This document shows, piece by piece, positions 53,001 through 64,000 of a stretch of DNA of 64,000 bases (its first letter is position 1; each line of letters begins with the position of its first letter). The notes under the pieces are model-generated. The model had not been told where the DNA came from. It did no database searches and worked only from the letters and a program-made list of their open reading frames with translations. The translations under genes and the position numbers were made by a program. The DNA lies in the NCBI RefSeq assembly GCF_001949145.1, contig NW_019091355.1:181720-245719 (forward strand), written 5' to 3'. Source of the DNA: Acanthaster planci (lineage: Eukaryota).

Positions 53001-54312
53001 CTACATGTACATGCTCACTAAGAGCAACAGTGCTTTGGGACATTTCAAATCTAATTTTCACTACTTTGGAAAAGTATATGTACTGTACTTACCTGATGAG
53101 GTTTGACATATACAGCATCAAGTTTAGAGCCTTTCTCATCAAACAAAATGGCCCTTGTACCCTGAGCACTGATCTTTAACAATCCATCCTGCCACGTCTT
53201 GCTCTTTTTAGTCTTCTGATGGGTGTACAGAACCTGTCATTAATTATGGAGGCAAAGTTTCTTCAAATAAACAGACCATTCCACTCCATAGCAATGCACA
53301 TGTTCACAACTAGTAGTTTTTTCAACTTGCCATTCTGGTTTTGATATCTTCAAATTAAAAGACATTATTCTGGGGTGTGCCTGGGCAGTTTTGGGATATA
53401 TGAAAGGTGAATAAAGAATCCCCTGAATATTTCTTGTAAAAAATTCATGTTAACTGCTGGAAGTTGAAATTAAATTAAACCTCACTCATTCGTACACCAA
53501 GTCTATGCTTTACCGTACCACTGGCTACACCTCATGGGTTTGTTTATCCAATTTCTATCTCGCATTCCCTTGTGCGCCTCAAACTCCGATCTAGCTTATA
53601 GGTTGAACAACCTCTGAACTGACTGACAATAACATGAAAATTGAAAGACTAGGCCTACATCTCATGCAGCCATCTGCAACCGTTGACATGGCTGACCGTT
53701 GTGCCTTATCTGTGTTCAGTGCAATCTTGAAAGTTGCACAAATTCTGAGTTGATTTCCATCAGGACAGAGTAAAATAAATTTGCGCAGTGTCAAGACTGC
53801 GCTTATAACATGTATAAACCATTTGTTTGACTGGGTACAAGCATGACAAGACCACGCTCAAGACAACAGCCATGATCTGTATCTGTGACATTGCAGACAC
53901 CAATTCTGGCTTTAGGTTTAATGCAACAGAGAGAGAGGGTAGGTTACTAGGATGTTGCTATGTAGAGTGACTGAGTGGGGCCTGTGACTAAGGAGGTTTT
54001 AAACTTCTCACATGTCTCAACAGAGTAAAGATGTAGTTGAGGTACATGTACTGTCATGACTGTACTGTCTATATAGGACCAGTAAATGATTTACATGTTG
54101 TAGCCCCACGACTGGCACGGACTCTCACTCCCGATCCATCCTTAGTGGGGCTATATACATGTAGGGGCCTAGGCCTTACGACGTACATGTACATGATGTA
54201 GGCCTTAAAATTCACTTGATTAGAAATTAGCGTTAAACAGGAATAAAATAACAACTGTGAAACGAATGCATAAACTTCTTACACTGTAGTTTCTCCTTGT
54301 GTCACTCGCCAT
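38036..54312 (-). CDS. ZGRF1: Protein ZGRF1 (DUF2439 N-terminus, GRF zinc finger, UPF1/DNA2-like SF1 helicase), about 2649 aa
   Basis: Exons (plus coordinates, in transcription order): 54283-54312 (MASDTRRNYS), 53093-53233 (VLYTHQKTKKSKTWQDG), 52730-52918 (GEELESDRYLIAVEE), 51420-52572, 47941-51255, 47349-47500, 46741-46966 (least certain), 45675-45790, 45241-45379, 44800-45035 (GRF finger PRCDHG..VKKDGANKGRFFYAC..C), 44371-44562, 44105-44204, 43531-43677, 43229-43346, 42819-42924, 42393-42528, 41903-42071 (Walker A GVFGAGKS; STTNVAVD), 41514-41591, 40962-41175, 40575-40760 (LLDECSQ; VGDPKQL), 40009-40137 (QYRCHP), 39347-39555, 38975-39103 (TVDAFQGGE), 38494-38603 (RTNVALTRSK), 38036-38265. 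Splice phases are consistent throughout. Confidence 0.93.
43749..43866. repeat. Short inverted-repeat element in a ZGRF1 intron
   Basis: Perfect 15-bp IR CAAGACCATCACAAG / CTTGTGATGGTCTTG. A ~45-bp imperfect direct repeat follows (~43911 and ~43977). Confidence 0.55.
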
Positions 54313-56257
54313 CGTTCTGTGCTTCCCGAAAGGGATAAGTAACAAAATACCAACTTAACCTGTTAGCGATGTACAGCCCAGACGTTTCTGTCAGTCTGTG
54401 TTTAATTTTTCAACTAGCGCGCCACGCGTGCACTGTCATTGCCATCATCTCGCTTGTCTGCCCTACTTTTTAGGTATGCATTGTGGGTAAGTAAACTATA
54501 GATTAGACTTGATACGTGTCCTTTGCAACAATGAAGAGCCACTGTAGATTCAAATACAATGTACAAAATCTGGAGAATTCCCCAGACCCTCCAACAAACA
54601 ATAAACGCAAACACGCAATACGCTTGTATGCCATGGCACTTGAAAAATACACATGTATATAGTTTGAGAAAAATATGAACAGAGTAAGAAACCAAAATAT
54701 CAACAACTAAACATTTCACTCTAGGCATTGCCCAGTTCTTGTACTTTGAAAGAGCTCTAATTTTTAAAGTTGACAACGATGCTCTTCTTCCCAGTCTTCC
54801 ACCTGTCCTACTTTCTATCTCATTGACCATGTTAACAAAACAAAATACCGACAACAATATACCGTTCACATTAAACCCTGTCCTGGTTTATTCAACTGTG
54901 CAGTGTTCACAAGCTCAATATGATCAACGCAATGCATTGAACAGTGTCGGGTTGTACTAGTGCAGTTCCGGACACTTTTTAAAATTAATTTCAAGACAAA
55001 ATCTGTAACTTTTACAATTTAGTTTGGATGGTTAAAGTAGCAGAGTATCCACAGAAAAAAATCACAAAGACAGCAGACTGGAAGTTAGAAATGAAACACT
55101 GTACTTCTTTGCCACCTTAATTTGGCCTCCGTCAGAATTGATCACAAAGGTGACAATGCTTGCATATCCAGCATAATGGGTTTCCCGTCTACATTAGTTG
55201 ATGCCACTCCAAGCCAATCGGAACACTGTGTTCAACGGTATTGCCAGGATATTTGGGGGAGGCGCAAACCATTTTCCCAGGGGGAGGGGGAATTTTCAGG
55301 CATGGCCAAAGCACTCATCAGCTACGAAATGACAAATCATTAACAGTGGAGTCAATTTTTAGGGTTATTTTAAAGCAAATGGGATCTTCATCCCTTTGCA
55401 TATTTTTTGTTATTTCTATAGTTGACTTCTTACTGCTGTTCCTGTAATTCTTATTTTGTCCAGAGGGCAAGTGCTCCTTTCCCCCTTTTGAAGCCTATGG
55501 TTCTACCTCTTTGCCACCATAATTTGTCCTTTGACAAATCAAGAAAGTCATTCCCTATTTCTAGAACTTTGGAGTAGTAATGCCATTCCAAGCCAAAGTT
55601 TGAAGAGACAAATCACATTTAGACAAAATGTATTGGAAAATTAACAACTTCTCTAGTTGCATACGGTACTACTGCACCACACTATCTTGAACTAATATAA
55701 GTTTTTCAATTAGTTTAAAGTGAATTTTTACAAAATATACAAAGCAAAATCTATAGTTAGCTGGATCTGTAAATATTTGTGCATATTGTCAATGTGTTAA
55801 AACGATTATCTTGATGACTCAGCTCACAACAGCTTAAGATAAGCATACAACTACAAAAGTTAATATAATCAAAGTATTTTTAAACACTGGTTTTAGTGCA
55901 GTAGCAATAGTTTATAATGCAAGAACAGACTGTGTACAGTGATGAGCACTTTAAACGTGAGTTTGCAGTTTTACAAAACATTTTTTTCTGGATACTGTGA
56001 GTACCAACATGCAACAACATGTCACATAAGACATTTCCAATATAAGATTGATTAAGTTTATTTTTCAAACAAATCTAAAGATGCATGATACAAACGTTCT
56101 AAAATGTTTCTTAAAATTGACAGCAACAAAAGTGTTAATTGAAGTACATATTTAAACAAATACATTCTGGATTATCTAAGTTGACAATTTTGAAGTGACA
56201 CTGGGATTGAACAAAAGTTGAGAGACGTCCCTAGCTTGGAGTTCAGCCTTGCAAAGC

Positions 56258-57818
56258 TCACAGTCTGTAGTTAAGTGGTGCCTGATACTGTCTCATAATT
56301 CTTGGTAGATTAGGTGGCATATTGACAGGAAGTTGTGGGCGGGGCCTAGAGCTGACTCCTCTGATGTCTACGCTTACACCCTGCATACGAAGCCTAGATA
56401 GACTCCGCTCAGTGATGTTTCGACAATCTCGCACCTTCAGGGTTTTAAGATTAGGACATTTCTGTGCAAGTTTGCTGTACGGAAAAGAAAGCAAATTCAA
56501 TTTTAAGTAGGTTAAAAAACTTTTCATTAACGCAGGGATTGTAGTGTATTTGTTAACACACATATATGTACAGTACCTCTATTTTATCAAAAGAGTACAA
56601 ATACTATACAAAGTTGACTCTATTTCGCCAAATTGAATTAACTCAATAAGATCATGTACTGATTCAACTAGAAATACTCACTGGATAGCAGCGTCGGGCA
56701 CTCGCCAACATCCCTCTAAATCAAGATACTCAAGATAATAACAGTTCATAGCTAACTGTTCGATGGACACCTGCGTAATGCCATATATCCTGGCCAATGA
56801 CAACCAGCGTAGATTGGGCTGTAACGAAGCTAACATGAAGACAGTGTCATCAGTTAACTCCCAGCATCCTGTTAGATCAACACGTTCAAGATTCTTACAC
56901 TTCATAGTCAGGCCTTCAATCACTGAGGATGAAATCCAATGGCATTCTCGTAAGAGAATCGTCCTAAGTTCTGGACAAGCTCCTCCAATCATATTTATCG
57001 TTAAACATGATAAACCTGAACACCCTGACAGGTCGATATACCGAAGACGCCAGTTCCTCTTAATGATGGGTACCAGCAATGCATCAGTAAGCCAACTCTT
57101 ACAACTTGTCACCACCAGTTTCTGCAGGTTCTTCGTGTCATTTGTGGCTATCTTGAATGCATCCACAGTTACTCGATGGGTAATGCCAGTAAGATCAAAG
57201 CTAATCTGATGCTGGAAGTAAGACTGGACCAAGTCACAGAAGTCTCTACTCAAGGAGCGGAGACGGAAGATGTCAATGATGCTAAGATGAGGAAGGATGC
57301 GGGAAATCAAGACATCCTCCCAGGGAAGATCAATCAGATTAATGCTACAGGACCTTGAAAAATGGAAAAAAAATTTAATATAACTTGGGTGTCTTTCAGT
57401 TTAGGCACTGGTTACAGTCAGCTTTTTGACAGTTTTACGCTTGGCTGATAATTTTATAAACACAATAAAAGTCAAAAAACACATAAATGTATTAGTTAAA
57501 AATTCATGCACAAATCTGTTACAAATTAATCAGCTATTTGACCTGATTTTATTGAGTAAACAATTACTATCAACGACAAACTCAAATCAAGCCATTCAGA
57601 CTGTTTGGTAGAGAAATTGGTGGACTTTCTAAACTACTGAACTGAATGGTCATCAATGCTGCATGATTAGCTTTATTTCTGGGTACATATATACAACAGC
57701 AGCATCCCGAGCAACTACTTAGATAAATCTTTGCCATCATTTCAAAAACCAAAACTCACATGTTTGGATCATTGTTGTCAACAGCTGATGTGGCCCCAGT
57801 ATTCACCTTCTCTGACAT
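56258..57818 (-). CDS. FBXL15: F-box/LRR-repeat protein 15, about 315 aa
   Basis: Coding exons 57760-57818 (ATG at 57818), 56682-57353 and 56258-56474. F-box LIDLPWEDVLISRILPHL is followed by cysteine-containing LRRs (LRYIDLSGC, LERVDLTGC, LEYLDLEGCWRV) and the C-terminal ITERSLSRLRMQGVSVD typical of FBXL15. Confidence 0.92.
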
Positions 57819-58699
57819 ATTCAAAATTAATCCACTCTCGAACTTTAAGTAGATATTTAAATTTCACTTGACAACATAGTGTGTCACATCACACATGTAT
57901 CACACTGTCACATCAATCCTCACCTGCAAAAAAGAAAATTATATTTCAATGAGTGGTTGATTTTTAATCCTTAATTAACTGCACTTTCATCACATGTTCA
58001 GAACAAATGCATGAAATGTCAGCAACGAAGGCCTTGCACTACAGTTGAACCTCAGTGACGAGAGATCCTTTGGATTCTGCAGAGTACTCTGATTGTAAGA
58101 AGTACCTTGTAAGATCAGAAATCACATTTCTAGGGACCTGAAATTTCCTGATTACAAGCAGAATGTTGAGTTTACAGTGCTCTTATTATTGAGGTTCAAG
58201 TCAGGGATTGACTGCACTGTACACAAATGAATGGATCTTATGAAGGACTGGATAGTTCGATTCATAGGATCATCGGTTATCAATGTCACACACCATCTTA
58301 CATGTCTTAAAGGATAGTGGAGAAAAAATTATGAAAATTGCTTTCATGCTTTTCTGCCAAATGAAGTACTGTTGAAATGTAGAGTTTCTACACTTGTGTC
58401 ACATGCTAAATTGAACAATCCCCACCATCTCTTCTCTTTACTGGTAAGGAGGGGGGTACTTTGGTGCAGAGCAGAGTGGACAACTCCATACGCCTGATAC
58501 CAGATACGGGCCCATTCATCTTCCATGGCCATGACACTCACACATTGCTGTCAAAAGGGCAACTTGGTGACTTGTTGCGGCAAATGTCTGTGTCATTAGT
58601 TGTGTGTAAGTCAAAATTTATGCCAACAAACATGACAAGTTGAGATGAATAAAGTAATAATATGTAAACAGTCAGTATCATACAATCAACATGATCAAA

Positions 58700-59360
58700 C
58701 TACAAAGTGTTTCAAAAGTCTCTCATTTAATTGTGACACGTGATTATCCGAAAACTGAGGGCCCGCGGTAACAAGCCGCTGCATGCCGTGCTGTACCCGC
58801 GCCGAGCAGGAGTCCGGCAGGCAGAGCACCCTTCAGGTCGTTAACATGCAGGACATGGCGGTCATCATGCATGATCAGAGAAAAAAGTATGCTTTTGAGA
58901 TAATTGTGCAAGGAAACCATGTCATTCTTTCAAACTACGTCCATACTAACACTAAGTTTGTTATATGACATGAACATATCACAAACAGAAGGCAAAATAT
59001 GTGCAATATGATAAAACCAGGAAAGAATGAAATAGTCTCACATTTGACATCGGCGCACACGTCTGGCCTGACCCGTCCCTGACATGTTTATTTCCAGTTG
59101 ACGAGGGAGGGCGCACTGTACAATTTACAAACGTGCAAGTAATGTTATGCGATAATAATAAAGGCATCAACACGACTTTTGTTGAGCAGCAACTCGGTTT
59201 CTACCTTCACGTGAGTAAATTCGTCAAATATTGTAAATTTTTAACACTTTTTTAACGACAGCCTGTGCTGTTGTTCTTATTTTTTAGGAGTTTACTTTAA
59301 CTTAAGCACGTTAAGAACGATATTTCTTCATGTTTTTCTTCCTCGTCACGTCATTTTTAC
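58700..59360. promoter_or_regulatory. Probable shared bidirectional promoter region of FBXL15 and GGPS1
   Basis: CpG-enriched stretch between two divergently oriented genes whose first coding exons are preceded by splice acceptors, which implies upstream non-coding exons. Confidence 0.4.
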
Positions 59361-59377
59361 AATATTGTTGTTGTTAG

Positions 59378-59682
59378 TGTTACGCCCCAACAAGGCTATA
59401 GCATCTTTCCCAACTATAGCTGGGACAATCCCAACTGTGGTGACTACAGTTGGGCTGGTCCAACTATTGTTGACCATATCCAAGTTTATGCATCTCACAC
59501 TTGACACAATGGCACTTCATTCATGACATGACATTGTAATAATGTAAACAATATGACTTTGGCATATGGGCTGCCGGAAAAATGCACACTGGACCTCTGT
59601 GCTGTAGTTGGGCTGGCCCATAGCACTCTAGTTGGGATGGGTCCAACTACAGTTGGGACGGTGCTGTAGTTGGGGCATAACA
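59378..59682. mobile_element. MITE with TIRs and internal CCAACTAYAG/GTAGTTGGG subrepeats
   Basis: TGTTACGCCCCAAC (59378-59391) versus GTTGGGGCATAACA (59669-59682), with multiple subterminal repeats. Confidence 0.6.
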
Positions 59683-60412
59683 TTATCAATAGCCCAGCAG
59701 GCCTGCAGTGTCTCAAGATTCTAGGCCTATCTCTGTAAACGAAAGCCTGAGTCAGCGTGAGTATGATTCATCGAACCGTTAATTGCAAATTTATTGTACT
59801 GCCTTCTGATCTTATGAATGGATGTTATTCAAAGGCAAATCATCTTAGGACATGTAGGATGGAATATATGATCAATTTGCACAAGGTTCAAGATTTATAC
59901 ACTCAATAATCCTGTTATCCCTGGTTGTTGCTGACTGTAGCTCCCATAGGTCTTGACATTTTTGTTGGTGTGGCCAGCATGCTGCAGGAAAACAAATGTA
60001 CATGTAGGCTTATAACAGGTCAACACTGACTATACTGAGATTGACTGACAAACGTGACTTTACTAATGGGTCATGCTATAAATTAGGGGTCCAATCTTTT
60101 GGTGTCCCTGTCCCGTCTGGAATATATGATTTTGCAGGCCTAAGTTCAGAACATATTTTCTAATTTCCAAGAGTGATGAATTAATGCAAATTACCTGTCA
60201 AACAAATAGAAATAGTTTGAAATCAGTGCCAGTGATATTTCCATGTCAAATTACATAGGTCATTTGTAACAGGGACACAGAATGCCACAATTTTGGCCCT
60301 GAATTTAAAGAATGACCCTGATATAAATATTATGATATATTTCATGTCTGTAAAGGTGTGACCTCTTTGACTTATTTTGAACAAAAGTCCAGTTTACCGA
60401 TAGTTACTTGAG

Positions 60413-63021
60413 ATGGCCTCAGCACCTCATGATAGTTTACTGAGCATTGGCATAACACAAAGACCTGATCAGTTGAATGACTCTAACACAAGAAAGCTGG
60501 ATTCATCATCATCAATTCCATGCAGTCTGCATAGTCCAACCGGCATGTTTGGTACAGGAGCAACAACAATGACCAAGGAAGACAGAGAAAAAGCGCAAGA
60601 TAGAGTAAGTTATAACACTACCCTTCATCTTTGATCATAAGATGTATCAGTTCTGGTGCAAACTAATTTTCCAGAGTTTGAAAACTTGAAATCAGTTTAT
60701 TATAATAGGCTAGGGCCTAACATCTAAAGCTCAGCCACTGCATTGGCTCAATTTCCATGCACCTTGGGTTTGCTTCTGAATTTTGCTTGAACATTTTGCG
60801 TTTCACAACTGAACTGGTAATTATGACTTCAGCTGTAAGAATTTTTCCTTGAAATATCTTTGTTCAGATTCTTCTAGAACCCTATGCTTACATCCTGCAA
60901 GTTCCTGGCAAGAAGATTCGCATCAAGCTGACCAAGGTACACAATACTTTTCCAAAGACTCTATTCAGATGTTGTGTAAATCCCTTATTCTGTTTCTGAA
61001 GTTCCACGTAATCATTTACCATTATACATTACCACTGTCCGACCACTAATCTATTGATGTTTCTTCAATGTTCTGTTATCATCCTGATGGTCATATTACT
61101 TTTTTTCTGTGCAGGCTTTCAACCATTGGTTGCAGATTCCTGATGACACATTGGACAAAGTCAGTGAAATTACTCAGATGCTGCATAATGCAAGTTTATT
61201 GTAAGTTGCAGTTTGATCTATAAATTGTAAAATAATCTGTCATTGTTAGCAAATAGTTATGCTGTGTAATATTTTATTGTTATTCCTTCCAATAGACAGT
61301 TTTGACAATGCAAAGCTGTCAGTTTACATTGTTTTTCATTGTCGCAGAAAATGAACAAATCCTCAGCCAAATCAATTACACAGTTTAACCTATCTTGAAG
61401 AATATTGTATTTGGACATTAATTAAAATGTTCCATAGAAGAAATTCAGAATTCTTTTTGATTTCCAGAATTGACGATATTGAAGACAACTCCAAGCTACG
61501 ACGAGGCATTCCTGTTGCCCACAGCATATTTGGTACAGCACAGACCATCAATGCAGCAAACTATGTGTACTTTCTAGGACTACAGAAGACTATCGAGTTA
61601 GGTCACCCAAAGGCTACTACAATATTTATGGGTAAGGGCATGCTGTTGCTTATTTTCAGATTTTAATTTTAAAAATATCGGACACTCATCTTTTTTGCCA
61701 CCGTCATTGCCATGATACCAGTCATCTCTTCAATGAGGCATTTAATTAATTTCATTGCACTAGCGCCTAGAACACCTAGGTGGATCTGTGCGCTCTGTAA
61801 ATTTTCATTATTATTCTTATTATTATTATCCTGAAATTAATAAGCAGTCAAATTTTCAATTGTCTTTTTTCAGAACAACTGCTTCTTTTACACCAGGGAC
61901 AGGGCATGGATATATGGTGGCGAGATGCCTTCGTCTGTCCAACAGAAGATGAATACAAGGAAATGGTGTTGAAAAGTAGGTTTCCTTACTGATCCCTCAT
62001 TTAATATTACTTATAATTGTAAAATTAGTCATCTAATGTTATAATATAGCTTGTTTACTAAATTATTAGCAAATTTTTGCCTAGGATCAAAATATTGGGC
62101 CCTTTAACCCTCTCAATTTCAATTATTATATCATTATTATTTAGCAGGCAGCCACGAAAAACATTTGTCTTGACTTTTCAAAGTTCTTTCCTTCTTTTTC
62201 AGAAACTGGAGGTCTGTTTGGTTTAGCAGTGAGACTGATGCAACTCTTCAGTGAAAACAAAAGGTGGGATTGTTGATTTTCATCGTGTTCTCAAATCTAC
62301 CCATGGATAATATCTTACCAAGATTTGTAAAGCCTATTCTTTGGATAATAACATCAATTTTTTCACTGCTACTCACAGTGACTTCACTCCACTCAGCGAT
62401 ATGCTTGGACTTTACTTCCAAATCAGAGATGATCTTGCCAACTTACAGTCCAGAGAGTATACCGAGAACAAAAGCTACTGTGAGGACTTAACTGAGGGCA
62501 AGTTTTCCTTTCCCATCATCCATGGGATTCTTAGCAGACCTGAAGACAACCAAGTCATGAATATACTCAGGAAAAGAACGACAGATGTAGAGATAAAAAA
62601 ATACTGTGTGGATCATCTGGAAAAGGTATGTCTGGTCCGTAAGTACAACTTGAACCCCCATTCTCTTACTGTTGATACTGTTGTAAAGCTTGTACAAGCA
62701 GTGATTTTTACTTGGTTATCTTTTGACTTTTAACAGATTGGCTCTTTTGACTACACCAAGAAAGCTCTTGTGGAGTTAGAGGAGATGTGAGTATAAACAT
62801 GTCGTTTACATTGCCAGTATTCAGCTTTAAGTGGGCCAGTTGTCACTGTGAAGATCTGCCAGACTGACTGTATCCTCCCAGGACAATTTTTAAGTTCTGT
62901 AAACACGAACACATTGTTTCTATGCAGAGTCCTACATGAGATGTCCAAGCTAGGTGCTAATCCCTACTTAGAAGCAATGTTAGAGGAACTCGGTAAGCTC
63001 TACAAGGAACCAGACCAATGA
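60413..63021 (+). CDS. GGPS1: Geranylgeranyl pyrophosphate synthase (type III GGPPS); 354 aa from ATG 60413 or 302 aa from ATG 60569
   Basis: Exons 60413-60604, 60868-60936 ([18 protein letters not shown]), 61115-61200, 61468-61631 (FARM IDDIED, KLRRGIP), 61874-61975 (GQGMD), 62203-62263 (KTGGLF), 62379-62625 ([21 protein letters not shown]), 62737-62786, 62928-63021 (TGA). Confidence 0.95.
61755..61829 (+). mobile_element. 3' tail fragment of an L2/CR1-like LINE or related SINE
   Basis: AGCGCCTAGAACACCTAGGTGGATCTGTGCGCTCTGTAAAT stem-loop-like end followed by a (TTA)n tail, in a GGPS1 intron. Confidence 0.5.
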
Positions 63022-64000
63022 CAAGGGATGTTATAGATTGCTTCAAGAAAACAGCATTTTGCTCTTGAGATCTTTCCTTCAGCTCTCAGCTGTTCTTGGA
63101 AATGCTTCCAAATTCAGAACTTCAGTTTTGTTTTACAATCTATGCAGGCCATGTTAAATAAAATGTGCAATATACACCTACACAGTCTTGAACAACTGTG
63201 TCTGTGTCCTATAAATTGTAATTTTAAAAAGTGAAGTCTCTGAATGTCAAACTGTAGTAGTCACAGGCATCACCAGGATATTTTAAGGGCATGTTTTTTC
63301 TAGTATTGGGAGGAGGCAAAGAACTCATCAGAATGGCAGACTAAGAGCAACAAAAGAAGGGATTGGTCTTGAGGACAGCTTATTTGAAAACTTGGTGTGT
63401 AAAGATACAAAAAAAGGTTTGTTTTTGAAAAAGATTATCACCTTTGCCATTAAAATATTTTCAATCATGATACATTGCTTGAAAATCAAAAGGGTCAGCT
63501 GATACTAAAATTGCCATTGTGGAAATCTTCAAATTGGTGAATTGAGAAGAAATATCTCTATGCACTTGATGGAATTTCAGGGCAAAAAACTTGCTGTTGT
63601 ATATATTTTTATTTGTAATTCATAACCATCATAAAATACACTCTTTTTAATATTACAATTGATTAATTTCAATAACAGTAAATAGCTCCCTAATTAATGC
63701 AGTAATTGATCCAAGCTACATGTATTTTTTTTCTTGTGGAAAAAGGGAGAAAGGAGAGGCGCAAACAGTTAGTGGCCTAAACTTGGCGGCAGTGATAGAA
63801 CATGTACACATATTTAAAACATTTAAAGGAGGTTTTACTGAATGACTCACTGATAAATGCAGACACAACAGCCTGATTAGGACCATGTCAACCCAGTGCA
63901 AGAGCACATTGATGCAGAAGAATATGCCGAGTGTATGCATGATTGTAAGTCAAATTTCAGCATCCAAATGTTGTAATTAAGGGATGAGCAATTTAATTTG

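Noticed and set aside
38036..63021. U12-type or non-canonical introns
   Set aside because: All reconstructed introns are GT-AG and none has the GTATCCTT U12 donor.
63716..63940. 74-aa minus-strand ORF at the window end (also 54414-54869 and other short ORFs)
   Set aside because: No recognisable domain or splice support; likely UTR or intergenic sequence.

Overview
AT-rich, intron-rich animal genomic DNA; the repeat style suggests a marine invertebrate deuterostome such as an echinoderm, which is inference only. Three N gaps: 3925-4049, 22374-22625, 35511-35881. Four spliced genes can be rebuilt by hand with GT-AG sites and continuous frames. (1) A 5'-truncated, 36-exon Cad87A/CDH23/CDHR2-type cadherin (+, 1276-32154) with about 14 EC repeats, a membrane-adjacent domain, a TM helix and a C-terminal ITEI PDZ-binding motif. 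(2) ZGRF1 (-, 54312-38036; 25 exons, including a 3.3 kb exon). (3) FBXL15 (-, 57818-56258). (4) GGPS1 (+, 60413-63021), head-to-head with FBXL15. Non-coding DNA holds many MITEs (including a 33-bp TIR-only hAT-type element with an intact 8-bp TSD), a Penelope-like remnant with a degenerate hammerhead core, a 2.8 kb 21-bp satellite with higher-order structure, and a hairpin tandem repeat carrying CTCF-like motifs between the convergent cadherin and ZGRF1 3' ends. I found no clearly new multi-gene system; most ORF-track entries are exon fragments or spurious.
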